Shown: positions 1 through 12,229, counted from the first letter of the whole stretch. The stretch is 63,329 nucleotides of DNA, filler included, from Sphacelaria rigidula (GCA_964200075.2; 8 parts of 8 records of this genome joined end to end with filler, not necessarily neighbours in it), one strand, 5' to 3'. Made by a program: numbers and translations. Notes: a model not told the origin generated them from the sequence alone.

Positions 1-45
1 GGGGGGCGGGGGGGGGGGGGGGGGGGGGGGGGTGGGGGGGGAGGT

Positions 46-84
<39 letters not shown>
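1..84. repeat. Poly-G tract at contig start
   Basis: Almost pure G run; could be partly a sequencing artefact. Confidence 0.9.
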
Positions 85-85
<1 letters not shown>

Positions 86-183
86 GTACTCATGATCATG
101 CATGTCATAGTCATTAGACCATTGACCTCGCATCCCTACAAAGCCGGGACGGGGCACGCCGGGTTTTCGCCGGACCAGGCTCT
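83..183 (-). mobile_element. ~100-bp short retroposon sharing its 3' tail with a LINE (copy A)
   Basis: Reverse complement aligns with 840-940 and 5466-5570; flanked by G runs on both sides. Confidence 0.7.
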
Positions 184-839
184 GGGGGGGGGGGGGAATC
201 GGGTATCCTTATCTATCTTGTGAGTGAAAAGGGGTATACTTGTGTGAAGCAACGATGAAGGTGCGTCTTTGCCGTTGTGAGAGATGCTGTTCGTACGTGA
301 CAGGACTGCGTATGTCTTTGTGCGAAAAGCCCACGTCATTGCATGTGCGCGCGTTTCAAAAGATAAGCTGCACTGAGAGCAAAGCCTTCGAAACGTGTTG
401 CCCCCATAGCGTCAACACTGGCTGGGCGTGAGGTCGGCTTCTGGAGCAACGTCGGAGTCTGACCTTCAGGCCAGTCAGCTAAGCCGCTCTCTTCTTTTCT
501 TCGTAAGCACCAGGCCTCAACGACAACATACCGGGCATTCCGAGCCCTAGACGCGAAAATATTGTCCGTCCAACGAGTCACCCTACCATTGAGGGTCCAG
601 CGCGACAACACTCGCGGGTTTAGCTAAGCGTACGCGTACCTCCGCGTCTCCTAGAAAAATGTTAAGAAGAAACAATCGCAAGCTTCGAACAGCACAGGAA
701 ACGATGGCAAGGCTCTGCCTGTCCCCGGAACGGTTCGAAAAAAAGGCGCAATTCAAAAGTTTAGGGGAGGCTACGCGACCGAGTGCCTCCACGCCACCAT
801 TATTTCGTCCCCTGTTAGTGCCCCCCCCTAGCGTAGGAC

Positions 840-940
840 TAGCCTGGTCCGGCAAAAACTTGGCGTGCTCCGTCCCGGCTTTGTAGAGATGCAAGGTAAA
901 TGGTGTTATGACTACGGCATGCAAGATCATCAATACACTT
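840..940 (+). mobile_element. ~100-bp short retroposon (copy B) with 14-bp target-site duplication
   Basis: CCCTAGCGTAGGAC at 826-839 and 941-954 flanks the unit; its 3' half resembles the LINE tail at 45630-45680. Confidence 0.75.
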
Positions 941-1899
941 CCCTAGCGTAGGACGGCTGCAACGCAGTCGCTCTTCACGAATTTTTCGGTTGTCCACGTG
1001 ATCTCCATTTGGCCACGCGCCGTGCCCAGGAAGTTGCAACACTTTGAACGTCCCTTTGTCCATGCGTGACATCGGTATCTACTTCACTCGTCGAAGGACT
1101 ATCAAACTACACTGTCTATCTGCCGGCGTTCAAGGAGTTACCGCTTCGGGTACGTGGTCGCCTTTCGGAAAAATATCGAAGCCGCACCTACAAGGCAATC
1201 ACCCCGACACTGTACCTGGACAACTCCATCATTTTCTCACTAACACCCCCGATTCAATGGAAAGAAAATATCACGCATTTCGTGGTCCGCAACCCCCGAC
1301 CGTCTAATATTGCGCACCATGCACGAATACGAACAGATTTCGACGAATGCTTGCGAAATTCAATCGTCGATTAGGTGGTATATTCGTTCATGGACGAAAA
1401 CTTGCCAACTGTGTCTGAGGCGGTAATGGTCAGATGCTGAGGGGTGGTTTGCCCTACGGGTGGTGGGGCAATATTCCGCACCCTGGACAATATAATATAT
1501 TTTCAATATATATTAGAGCTCTAGTCGATCATAATGGAATTTTGCGATATATCGCTGGCGTAATATATATTGGTACCCTTGGACTGCACACGTATTGTGC
1601 GCCCAATATACATATATATATATATATATATTGATGTCGTGGGACTGCATACATATTGCCCGCCCAATATATATTGGTAATGTGGGGTTGAACACGTATT
1701 GTCCCATAATTATATTGGGGCAGCGCGGGCGACCACATATTGCACGACCAATATATATTATTAGAGTCGCGTCGGTGAGAACATATTGACCGGTCAATAT
1801 ATATATTGGGTCTACGTGGGTGCCGACGTATTGGCCGGTCAATATATACATATCTATATATATACATATTGGATATTTCAAGTATGGTGTACGCTTTGA

Positions 1900-1996
1900 C
1901 CCTTGAACCGCGAGATTAGTCTTTCTGGATCATGCATACCTTTTTTACTTGAAATTGATGCCGATTCAACAGAAGACTAACCTCGCGGTTTGAGGG
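1900..1996. mobile_element. 97-bp piggyBac-like MITE
   Basis: ~27-bp TIRs CCCTTGAACCGCGAGATTAGTC / rc CCCTCAAACCGCGAGGTTAGTC; TTGA duplicated at 1896-1899 and 1997-2000; related copies at about 25417-25512 (ending AGGG-TTAA) and 56270-56352. Confidence 0.7.
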
Positions 1997-2661
1997 TTGA
2001 GAAAGATCCAGACGTGATGGAGGCCGGAGCCCGTGGAGATTGGGAAAAACTTCAATGGGAGTCGCAGAAGCTCGCACGCATTACTGCGGAGAGTTGTCGA
2101 ATGCGTTTCACACATATATGCACATATATATATATATATATATATACTGGCCAGGAAATATGGTGACAGAAGAGGCGACCCGGTATACATGCCTCCTGAT
2201 CTATCTGACCACCGGTGCGGGGCCGCCCATCCCCTTCCCACCATGTGATCAATACATCTTGGCTAAACGTCACGATGGCAGAAAAGGCGGGCCGATATGT
2301 GCTTTTTGGTACCCCTGCGGTCACCGGGGCTGTCTTGCTTATACCCTGGACAATACAATATGCTCCAACATGATACCAATACTTTGTATTGGAGCCAGCG
2401 CAAATATTGTCCTTCGAATATATATTGTGTTGAGATGTCCTCGGAGACATTGCCTCAACAGCATATATTGCTCGTGTCATGATCATGAAGTCATGCATGT
2501 CAATATATATATTGGACATGCATGCAGTCGCTCCCGAAATCAAACATCCACTATATATTGTGCATGCCGGCCGTGTATGTATTGAAGTATCGATAGATAT
2601 TGAGTTGAAGCGATCCGTAGCATATTGTTACCATAGTATATACTGAATGCAAACCATGCAG

Positions 2662-3949
2662 CACACGTGGACAAATAGCACCCTGTAGGACGAGCTGCAC
2701 AGGGTTCTCCACAGTCTTTGTGACACCCCTGTGCAGCATTTTCAAACCCTAGTACCTGTAATAGCATTTTGCATAGCGTTTTTGTCGAAACCCTGCAAGC
2801 GACCCTGTGGAGAGGCCTTCCCAATTTGGAAAGTTCCAAATTATTATGGTACAAAATCTGTGAATTTGTTTTTTTGAAATAGCTTCTCCTGCTGTCGAAG
2901 AAAAATCCCTTTCTGCCCGATTTAAATCGGGCAAAAAGGAATCTATCTCGGACAGCAGGAGAAGCTATTCAAAACAGATCCTTCTTTCGCCCAATTTATT
3001 TGGGCGAAAAAGGATCTACTTCGAACAGCTTCTTCTGCTGCGCAAATTCCGTGCACACTCGCAGATTTGGAATTTGAACAGCAGAAGCTCGAAATAAGTC
3101 GTCACTTTGCCCTCCATTTCATCCGGAGATTAGGGGAAAAGAGATTTATTGCGAACAGCGTCAGTTGGGCATATCCCGCATACTGCACCGTTATCAGCAT
3201 ATGGGATCCGACAAGCAGAAAACGTTGTTGAAAATAATTCCTCCTTTCGCCCCCCGATCCATGCACATGGGGCTAAAGAATGAATAATTCTCAACAACTT
3301 TTACTGAATGGAGATTCGACACACTGATTACGGTCGGGTGTATGTCCACACGCCTACAAGTTTAGATACTAAGCTTCCGCTCAAGACGTGAATACTGGGA
3401 GGGTGGTGTGTACCTCGCATATGACCGCACATTGCTTTTGAAAACCCCGTGGTCCGCAGTCTACCAAAATCACTCAACCGAGTATGCTCTTGTTTGGAGA
3501 GTTTTTCGTTTGATAGTTATTAGAAGCACAAAGTATGTACGCAATGCACAACAACTCAGGTGGCCCCATGGGCATCTTGACGTACTACCGAGTACGAAGT
3601 TGTCAGTTCAATTCTCACCCCTCCCATTTCTCGCGACCGGTTTTTCCTGCCAATACCACGCCCATGCTGTATAGAGTACATTGTATGCGTGCTATAAAGG
3701 CTGCACAGCATATTCACAGCGATGAATTCTGCACGGAGTGACGAAACCCTGTGAAGCGCCCTGTGTGGCACAAAATAATACCCTACACTCAAATCTCCGC
3801 GAGAAACCCTGCACAGATTCGCTGCACTCTGTGAAGCGTCCTGTGGGGCGCAAAAAAACAACCTACAGCCAATCTCCCCACGATAAACACTGCACCGTTT
3901 CCCTGAATCCTGTAGACGTGCCCCACAGGGTGCTATTTGTCCACGTGTG
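2662..3949. mobile_element. Nested 1.29-kb non-autonomous DNA transposon, CMC/EnSpm-like
   Basis: Perfect 25-bp TIR CACACGTGGACAAATAGCACCCTGT; 2-bp TSD AG confirmed by the empty site near 46980-46992; internal long palindromes at about 2875-3020. Confidence 0.85.
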
Positions 3950-5465
3950 AGAAGTATTGTTTTTCCAGTAAATATATTGCGCACGCTCATCACATAGCTA
4001 TCGTGCAGCCAATATATATATATATATATTGAACACGCTCACGGAGGAATTTATTGAGCGTTTTCGGCACGTACTGGCGCTTCGGGTGTTGAGTATACTG
4101 AATCAATAATATATATTGACCTCGTGTGGCAACCAGTATATTACTCGACATACATATATATATAGTATTGGTGCCTTCTCACGCATCATTTCACTCGGCC
4201 AATATATATTGAGGTGGCGCGTGTCGTGATATATTGTTCGGTCGATATATATTGCATGTCGCGAGCCTTGACATATTGATGGCACAATATATGTTGACCC
4301 TCTCTCGTGCCATCATATTGCTCGCTCAATATATATTGACCACCCGACGCGTCGACATATTGAGCGGGCAATATATATATATATTACATATTGTTTTGTC
4401 CAGGGTGTGCAATATTCTCCCCGCACAAGCTGGAAGTGTCAGCCTGACCCACACGGCGCAAATAAGAAGAGAAGACAGCTTTGCCGGCCTCAAGCTCACG
4501 GCCATCGATATATTGTAGAGTCGCATCCCAGATCAGACTGGTATTTTTCTGTGCGTTTATTTCATTTGATAAAGGCAAACATTGATGCCCCGAGCACTGC
4601 TGACTTGATTTAGAGGTCCTCGCGTGCCGTTTCGCTCTGCGCCGAAACACAGTTATATCTATCTAGACTATTTGTGCGAAGCAAAACGACCACTGGTGTG
4701 TATACGTCGAGTTATGTTCTACTCGTCCGCAGGGACGTTTTATTATACAATTCGTAGAAATCGACCACTTCCGGGTCGCTACAAGATCCCGCCGAACGTT
4801 TTTGAGAAACAAGGTTGTTTTCGTGAGCTCGAGAGTGGGGAATTGGATTAAGAGCGAGTCTTTTTATTCGCGTTAGCTTTACCTACTTCCCATATCAGGG
4901 TTTCGGCAAAATTCAAATCCTGTCTAGGATCAGATTGCATAACTTCAGGATGCAAACTTTCGAAACCCTTTGCAGTGCTCTGCAGAACACTACAGTACGG
5001 TATTATTCGAGGATATGAATTAGGGGAACCTCTCAGACCCCCACGTCCCCCGCCAGGTCGGACCCCCCACGTGGTTGGCAATGACGCTGTGAACACGTCA
5101 CTCACTGCGTAAGCCAGGCAACCAGGTTACTGACTGTTTTTGCGGGCTTGCGTTCTTCTTTGCGGCAACCATGATGGTGGTTGAGCTAAATATTATTGTT
5201 CGAGTTGGGAGAATGTCAATCCTGCGCAAAGGGAATGATGATACTACGTAGTGTTTGAACGGTGAGACGCCCATGAGGTGGCGTGGAAGCCGTGGCTGTC
5301 TCTGGAAGTGGCGATATCAGAAAATGAAGCAACTCGTGGGAGGCTGTTATCCACACGCAGGATAATCAGTACGCTTCGGGTCGAACCATCTTAGCAGGAT
5401 GCAGCTCACCCTTGATGCAACTCGCCGAACACACCACGACGCTTTGCGCTTGGTGTTGTATTGCG

Positions 5466-5570
5466 AGCCTGGTCCGGCGAAACCCCGGCGTGCTCCGTCC
5501 CGGCTTGGTAGGGATGCGAGGTTAACGGTCAAACGACTGCGGCATGCAAGATCATGAGTACACCACCCCC
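5466..5570 (+). mobile_element. ~100-bp short retroposon (copy C)
   Basis: agcctggtccggcgaaaccccggcg...ggatgcgaggttaacggtcaaacgactgcggcatgcaagatcatgagtacacc followed by a C run. Confidence 0.7.
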
Positions 5571-6289
5571 CGGGCCGACCGATTATCTTTCTTCTGAGAC
5601 ACACATTTTGTTGGTGGGCGAGTTGGGCGACTTGACAGCTTCTTTTGGTTGCTCTATCTATGCAGACAAGATGCCACGCGCTGTGGTCATTTCATTATGG
5701 TGCATCCAGGGGGCAGGGAAAAAAGAAATTCAGGACACATAGGCCCCAAGATCGAAAATTTGAGGTTTTGAGGGGCGGGGGACACCCAGCCGTGTGTTCC
5801 CTATTTTTTTGCCGAAGCGTTGGCGGATGTGGTCAGCTGCCGTAGACAGTAGAGATCCTTATATATATATATTATTTCATACATTATGTATCATACATTA
5901 TACAAGGTTCCCCTTCAGGGGGTTGATACGGGCCTCCCGGGGGTGACGCAAGTCGAAGATATATTTTGTCCAGTTCTTCACTATCTTGAAGAGGCTTTTG
6001 TGGTTCAGGATCGACACCCCGCGAAAAAAGACCAGTTTTCGACTTCTGGTGGCCAGAACACGCGCCACAGGTATCAGATAGCGCCCAAACCTGAAAGGTA
6101 ATGTACCGCTGCGCCTTCTTCGTGCACTGCAAAAGAAAGCGCGTGATGAGATGCCTTGCCGCCAGAGAAAACTCGGCAATAGTGGTGAAAAAAGTGAAAT
6201 GATACATGTACATAAATTATCCTTTCACATGAATATATAAAGGAGCCAAAGCAAACATACACCCCGCAAAACTCACCAAACGTTTCGGA

Positions 6290-6620
6290 TTTTGACAATG
6301 TTCATTGATCAATTTCTGTCGACAAAGTTAAGAGAAAATATCCGAAAAATCAGGATAGCTTTACTTGTCGAAAACATGCTCTCCGGCATCTGACGTCATC
6401 AGGACAGAATGGGCAGGGAGCAGCAGATATACGAACCCCGCGAAGCCCACCAGACGTTCCGGTTTTTGTCAGCGTTTATTCATCAATTTCTTGTGACAAA
6501 ACTAACAGAAAAATCAATACAGTGCTTATTGATCAATTTTTTGCGGCAAAGTTGTCAAAAACAAAATCGAAAAAATCATGACAATTTTCGAACGAATGTC
6601 TTCCGGGGGGGGGGGCTACG
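6290..6620. repeat. Dispersed repeat shared, inverted, with about 15240-15700
   Basis: Shared blocks ttgatcaatt, gatatacgaacc...gcgaagcc and ctctccggcatctga. Confidence 0.65.
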
Positions 6621-6689
6621 TGTCCGAACATTTTCTCCGCGCTACCTCCTAGTGCATCGCAATGCATTACGGCATCTGGGAGTGTTTGA

Positions 6690-6780
6690 CGATTTGATTT
6701 GGTTCGATTTGGTTTGATTTGATTTGATTTGATTTGATTTGATTGATTGATTCACTTGAGTGATTTGACTGATTGATTGT
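6690..6780. repeat. (GATTT)n/(GATT)n microsatellite
   Basis: Visible simple repeat. Confidence 0.9.
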
Positions 6781-7352
6781 CGCACATAAACTGATCTCCC
6801 ATCGATCCAGCCGCGGTCACATGCTACGCGTACCCAAGATAAAACGAAATGGAAACACTCGCAGAAGGAAAGTGGAGGAAACAGGAATATGGAACCGACA
6901 AAAAAGCGTAGACTGAAAAAAGGATACAAAAACAAGCTAATAGACAAGACGGCAGAGTGTCACACGGTAGAATGTCTTGCTTACTTGCTCTGCGCCCGCG
7001 TCGTCGGAAGAGATATGGTCTCGCAGCACTTTTGAAGGTGTTAAAAACAGAGGGAGTCTCGCTACGTGCTCGAATTCTCAGTATTCAAACTTCAAACAGT
7101 ATTTTGCCGCAACATGTGTAATCCGTTCAAGTAAGCCCCGTCAGCCAGTCTACTATCAAGTGACTTGGTTAACATACAGTAAATCAACCACAAACTTCCC
7201 TTGCTTCCTTTCCGTGCGCGTTCCCCGGTCTACCAGAACATGTGCTGCGACCTTTCCTGCTCGACCGACCTCACTGACGAATGCGGAATTTTTGGTCTGC
7301 CGGCCATCTGTACAGCCTGCTACAGCGGAGACAATCTACTTGTCCTGGCATC

Positions 7353-7473
7353 CGGGTCCGCAAGTGGATCCGCGACCGCAACAGTAAATAAGTATTACGG
7401 GTCCGCAAGTGGATCCGCGACCGCAACAGTAAAGAAGTATTACGGGTCCACAAGTGCATCCGCGACCGCAACG
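7353..7473. repeat. 45-bp tandem repeat, about 2.7 copies
   Basis: Unit cgggtccgcaagtggatccgcgaccgcaacagtaaataagtatta. Confidence 0.9.
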
Positions 7474-7631
7474 GTGGCCCACCTGCGCTAGATACGAAAG
7501 TAGATCCACAGGTGCATCCGTGTCTGCAATGGCGGCTAATTATCACTCCCTTGTCCTTTATCGGTCGTCCATATCAGTGAAGGGTGTCGATATGCGCAGC
7601 CATGTACGGATCCGTGAAATCGGGTAATGTA

Positions 7632-7829
7632 TCGCTGTAATGGTCCGACTGTCGCTATTAGGGTGGAGAGAACGGGGGTTCCATTCCCGATGTGTTGGGT
7701 TTTTTCTTCGTATTATATTATTTCCACCGTGGAAAGCGTGAGAACATGAGTAAACAACGTAGTCAACTAGGTTTGTTTGCCGTGAGTTGACGCGGTGCGG
7801 GAGTGCTGACCCAATTCACGACACCAAAA
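7632..7829 (+). mobile_element. tRNA-derived SINE family 2, 5' part cut by the contig end
   Basis: Head taatggtccgactgtcgctattagggtggagagaacgggggttccattccc; body matches the reverse complement of 20930-21121. Confidence 0.7.
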
Positions 7830-7929
7830 NNNNNNNNNNNNNNNNNNNNNNNNNNNNNNNNNNNNNNNNNNNNTTAATTAATTAANNNNNNNNNNNNNNN
7901 NNNNNNNNNNNNNNNNNNNNNNNNNNNNN
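7830..7929. other. Artificial contig linker (44N-TTAATTAATTAA-44N); identical linkers at 15759-15858, 23688-23787, 31617-31716, 39546-39645, 47474-47573, 55402-55501
   Basis: The same 100-bp spacer with a six-frame stop cassette occurs seven times. The intervening contigs are 7829,7829,7829,7829,7829,7828,7828,7828 bp, i.e. a size-sorted concatenation. Confidence 0.99.
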
Positions 7930-8679
7930 TTTTAACTTTTGAGTAAATCACCACGCCCCCCCCCCCCCCCCCCCCCCCAGAGTTGCGCCCGTAACAAAAA
8001 CACAGCGCAGGTGAAGGGAATGAGATCGTACATTAAAGGGAGTCGGTGATAACTGCAGGCTAATAAAAATGAAAGCGGAAATATGCAATGATGACCCATC
8101 GGGTAGGGTGCGTATTTCGACGGTGCTTTGGTTGTCTGCCTCAGGGCCGCACTTCACCCGCGTTCTTCCGTCGGATATCGATATGTACCGTGTGGAATGA
8201 CCTTTGTTTTTTCGCACAGGCGCAATAATTCTACCACGCACGCGGTAAACCTACTTCGTAGAGGGTGTGAGCTCATCGATGGAGGCGACCCCCTGTCTGT
8301 GGCACGCCAGCCGAAGATCATCCTCGTCTCCTTGGATGCCGAGAAAAGCATCCTGTCCCTAACAGACGACCACGTGAAGAGGTACTTCAAGCGGTTCGTG
8401 GGCAAACTGCTGAGCGCCTTGCATCCTTTGGGGACGATTGCATTTGCCGTTCCGCGGCCGTGGTTCCCGCATGAAAATCGAATCAGAGGTACCACCCCAC
8501 ACGCAATACATAGAGGGGGGAAATTCGGGATTGAAATGAAGGTGGTATGGCATTGTTTGGTACCTAGAATTGTAGCGAGATAACGATCTCTATACTCGGA
8601 GCTAGATGGTGGCCACAGAAGGTGAAGCAGGAAGGGGATAAGGTCTGTACATTTCGTGTCAAATATGGAATAAGCGTCA

Positions 8680-8805
8680 TGAGTGCCGAAATGTTGGAGG
8701 TATTTATTCATCAGGTGTAGGAACGGAGCTCCGGCTGAGCGTCGCGCGGTCAATGGTCAAACGGCGAAGGCGAGCAAAATAAGACTATGCGCCCCCCCCC
8801 CCCGC
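8680..8805 (+). mobile_element. LINE 3' end fragment with C-rich tail
   Basis: Matches 45570-45690 (aggaacggagctcc...ggtcaatggtcaaacg...gc-ccccc). Confidence 0.65.
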
Positions 8806-8887
8806 CCAACCGCCCACCCCGGCCCGGCCCTCGCTGTGGCCGACCCGCCTGCACCACGTGACAGACGCCATCACTCAAGACCACACC

Positions 8888-10026
8888 ATGGCGCTCGAAG
8901 AAGACCCTGTCCTCATCGAATATTCAAGCAAACACGGGGGCTCTCGGAAGAGAGACGAGAAATTATTTTTCTACCCGCATCACGAAGCCATCATGGTGGC
9001 CCACAAACGATCAGAGCAAGAGGGGAAATGTTTTACGGTGAATCAGAGGGTCACATTTGAAGACCCCTACGGCAGCACAATCAGGGGAAACAATGCCAGA
9101 CTGCTGGCAGAAGATCGGCGGCGGGCACACCGAGATGTTCACGTACAAGCAAGGAGCTCCGGCCGGCGGCCCCGGAAATTCTTTCCCCCCGGGATTGTTG
9201 CGCACCTTCGTTTGGAGGTGATGGCGTGTCCGGTAATTAATGGAAGGTATTACTCCACCCTTCGGGATGTTGTATGTTCCATCACCAAACTGTTGGGTCT
9301 TGTTTTTTCTCCATCATACGAGGGGAAGGCAACTCGTCACGCGACAAGCGGGTTGTTGTATGTACTGTTATATCAGGGTGCGTGTCACAAAAAGCGCTGA
9401 TTCATTCGTTGAGCGACGAACCTCGCAATCGACCACTCCGCGCGGATAGCGAGGTCTCACTTCTCCGTCGTTAATCCAGCGTCGTTGCCTGTTCATATTC
9501 ATGAAGGTTCACCAACATGGGCGACGCTGTCCTTGGTGTTGGACTCGAGAGGACGCAGCTGCTGGAGATCGCCCTCCAAGGCGGGCGCCCTATCGAGCTC
9601 TTTCTCTCAGATGCCAGTCTCTCCGGCGAGGTGCATGATCGCGAAGAGAAGACGTTCCATAAAGCATTTTCCTCTGGGCTCTTCAAGGTACAGAGAGCCA
9701 CACCACGGCTAGGCGGTATACGTGCGAACATAAAAGTCGTGTTCCCTGATTGCCGTAGCGGCGGGTCTTCATGTAGGTGTCACAGGTTTTCGTTTGTGAC
9801 AGGTGTCATGAACTCTCACCAATCTTTCCAACTGCCAAACGGCTCGTTTTCACCTTCTATTTCTCGACAGCACGACATCGGCGGCGCAGTGTATGTGGGC
9901 CCAGGGTTGCTCCCGTCCAAGCTGCCGGCCGACACGACCCCGCCGGCATTGCGGACTCCTGCCGCCGGTACTTCTGCTGAAGAGGTCATGAAGACCGCCG
10001 CGCAGCCGTTCGGATACACAGTGGAG
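8888..10026 (+). CDS. Putative spliced ORF of unknown function (exons 8888-9246, 9507-9687, 9871-10026); 3' end not found; possibly TE-borne
   Basis: GT/AG boundaries give consistent phases (2,0) and an uninterrupted reading frame MALEEDPVLIEY...AAQPFGYTVE; no family recognised. Confidence 0.35.
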
Positions 10027-12229
10027 GTGAGAGTGCTTCGGGCGAGACAAACGGTGTTCATATCGAGTCTTGTTTACTTGCTTCTTGGCCGTTTGAGGGT
10101 CGCACACTGAGGACAACGTGGTGATCAGGCTAGCGGGCACCTACGCACCAGTTTCGTTCTTTTAGCATATTTCTTGACGCATTTGCAAGTGAAATATACT
10201 TTATCTGTACCATACAAGAGGATACCCTAACTTGTACGGGCCCTTCACCTTGCCCGGATTTCGGTCCGATCTTCGTATTAAAGTTTTGGTCATTTTTCGG
10301 TTAAAAGCATATCTTGTCTACATTTGGTGCTTGCTTCGTACGAATGAAAACAAATAATCAGGCCCGAAAATGGCCGCACCCCCCCCTTTCTAAACTCCAA
10401 AGAAAACCAACACTATAAAAAAATAATGGAAAATAATCACAATCGCGAATCAACCACTAGTTTTACGTATTACCGTGTGCTGACCCCACTTCCTTCTTAA
10501 GTAACAAACGTTGCCGGTAAAACCAGCGCTGTTCGGCTCGACAACGGCCAAACCCTTCTACGAGTGCTTCGAAAGAGTAGAATAAGTGCGATGCTCGGGT
10601 ATATTTCGGCCCATTGAAGCAAAGAACTCGTTATTCTTTCTTTACGTCGGCTAAGTCTGCCCTCTAACTTCGTAACGAACCCATCTGTAAGGCCGTCACA
10701 GCGACCATTATACCCAGAGAACGATTGCCCTTCGGTACCCTAAATTATGGGACAGGCGAGTGAGAAGGCCATCACTCGGGGGTCGACTTGTCACCTCCTA
10801 CCCTTCTAGTTGCGATGCGGAGAATCCGAAGGCAACGGGCGTGGCATGCCAAACAGAATGCCTATCGCGCTTCGAATCCTTCGATTGAGATCATGCAGAG
10901 CGTGTATCGCTGAGAATCTGAGGGGTGGTGTTTGCCGCGGGATCTCGTACCATCAACGCGTCTCGCGCATTCACCTCCGCCGCGCGGGCAATTCAATTTG
11001 GTCACAGTTTTCGAGTCTAGATCAGGTCAACAGGCTGCACGTGATCGCAAAACAAGGCCAAGAGGTCGCCTATCCGGACACTCCGGAGGACGCCCTTCAT
11101 TCTATCGACCATGTTGTAGAGGAGCAGTATATCCACCTTATTTTGGTAGCTACCAAGAAACAACTAAAGAAAATGTTGGAGCCTGGCAAGGAGACGTGTA
11201 AAGCAAAGGCGGCGTTATACCTAGAAGTGGCTATACCTAGAAGTGGCGGAGACATGCCCATTTTCCTACCTCACGTGGGAAGCAACGGTCGATGATGAAG
11301 CCATCGGCATAACGTCGCAGATTCCCCATGTAGGTAGTAGGGGCGCTTGCGTTGCCGCCGCTGTAGGCAGCGAAGGTGGAGATAAGCACGCTCTGATTGC
11401 TTGTGTACCACCACCTCGCGTGCGGAGCAGTAGATTAGCGGCGAAGAAACATTTAGTCATTGGTGCCGGGGATCTTATTGTAGGGGACCCTGGATTTAAG
11501 AAAAGGTGGCTTAGATTCACCCCAACCGCTAGTCTCTGCGAAGATGATGAGGAAGACGATGCAGAGATGAAGATGAAGACGCTGCCGATGACGGCGCGGG
11601 AGATTGACGGATATAATGTATGCGGCTTCGGTTCTGAAAACGAGGGTCTGTTTTGGTGGGGTTGGGTTGGGGTAGGGGGTTTGGGGGGGGATGGTTCATC
11701 GTTCTATCGCGTTGTGCGTGGTTTTGTTCCGGGGGTACCCGTTGATGAGAATAGACGGCGTCAACGCTAGTCGATCGCAACCGATGGTAGCACCGTGCGT
11801 GGAAAACCTGCTCGCGTTCTCGAATTCGATGAAAGACAATGCATCATTCTTTTCGCCAGAGGGAAGGGTTCAAACGGGAGTATCAGAGTAGTTTCCGTGA
11901 CGAAATCTTGTGGGCAATGGGCTATCCATGTTGCGTTGAAACCGACTTTTCGATTAAGGGGGGAAACACAAACCCGCAGCTGATCGATACCAAGACACGA
12001 ACGTTGCCCGTCTTAGTCGTGCCTGACGAGCATCCCTCCCCCCCACCCTTTCGGACATGATCGAGGTGTTGTTTCTCGCGCTGGCGCAGCCCGAGGGGGG
12101 GGGCTTAGCGCAAGATATGGGATCCGTGCGCTGTCACCTTTTTCCCTGTGGTGTAGAGTAACAAGAGTGCTCACCCGACTTACTTCTCTCGATTCTTCGA
12201 CGTACTGAATATGACGCATCACGGGTTCA

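Larger units (their letters stand above)
1479..4407. mobile_element. Non-autonomous TIR element with palindromic subterminal repeat arrays (CMC/EnSpm-like), carrying nested insertions
   Basis: Termini CACCCTGGACAA (1479) and TTGTCCAGGGTG (4407); flanks CG/TG; homologous inverted copy at about 46331-47380. Confidence 0.7.

Noticed and set aside
1540..1875. CRISPR array
   Set aside because: Repeats are short, AT-only and degenerate, spacers are ~19 nt, there are no cas genes, the context is eukaryotic, and the array lies inside a TIR element.
5466..5570. Hammerhead or twister ribozyme call for the 100-bp element
   Set aside because: It contains GAAA and a CAAGCCGGGA stretch on the other strand, but I could not find an intact CUGANGA core or a complete twister consensus by eye.
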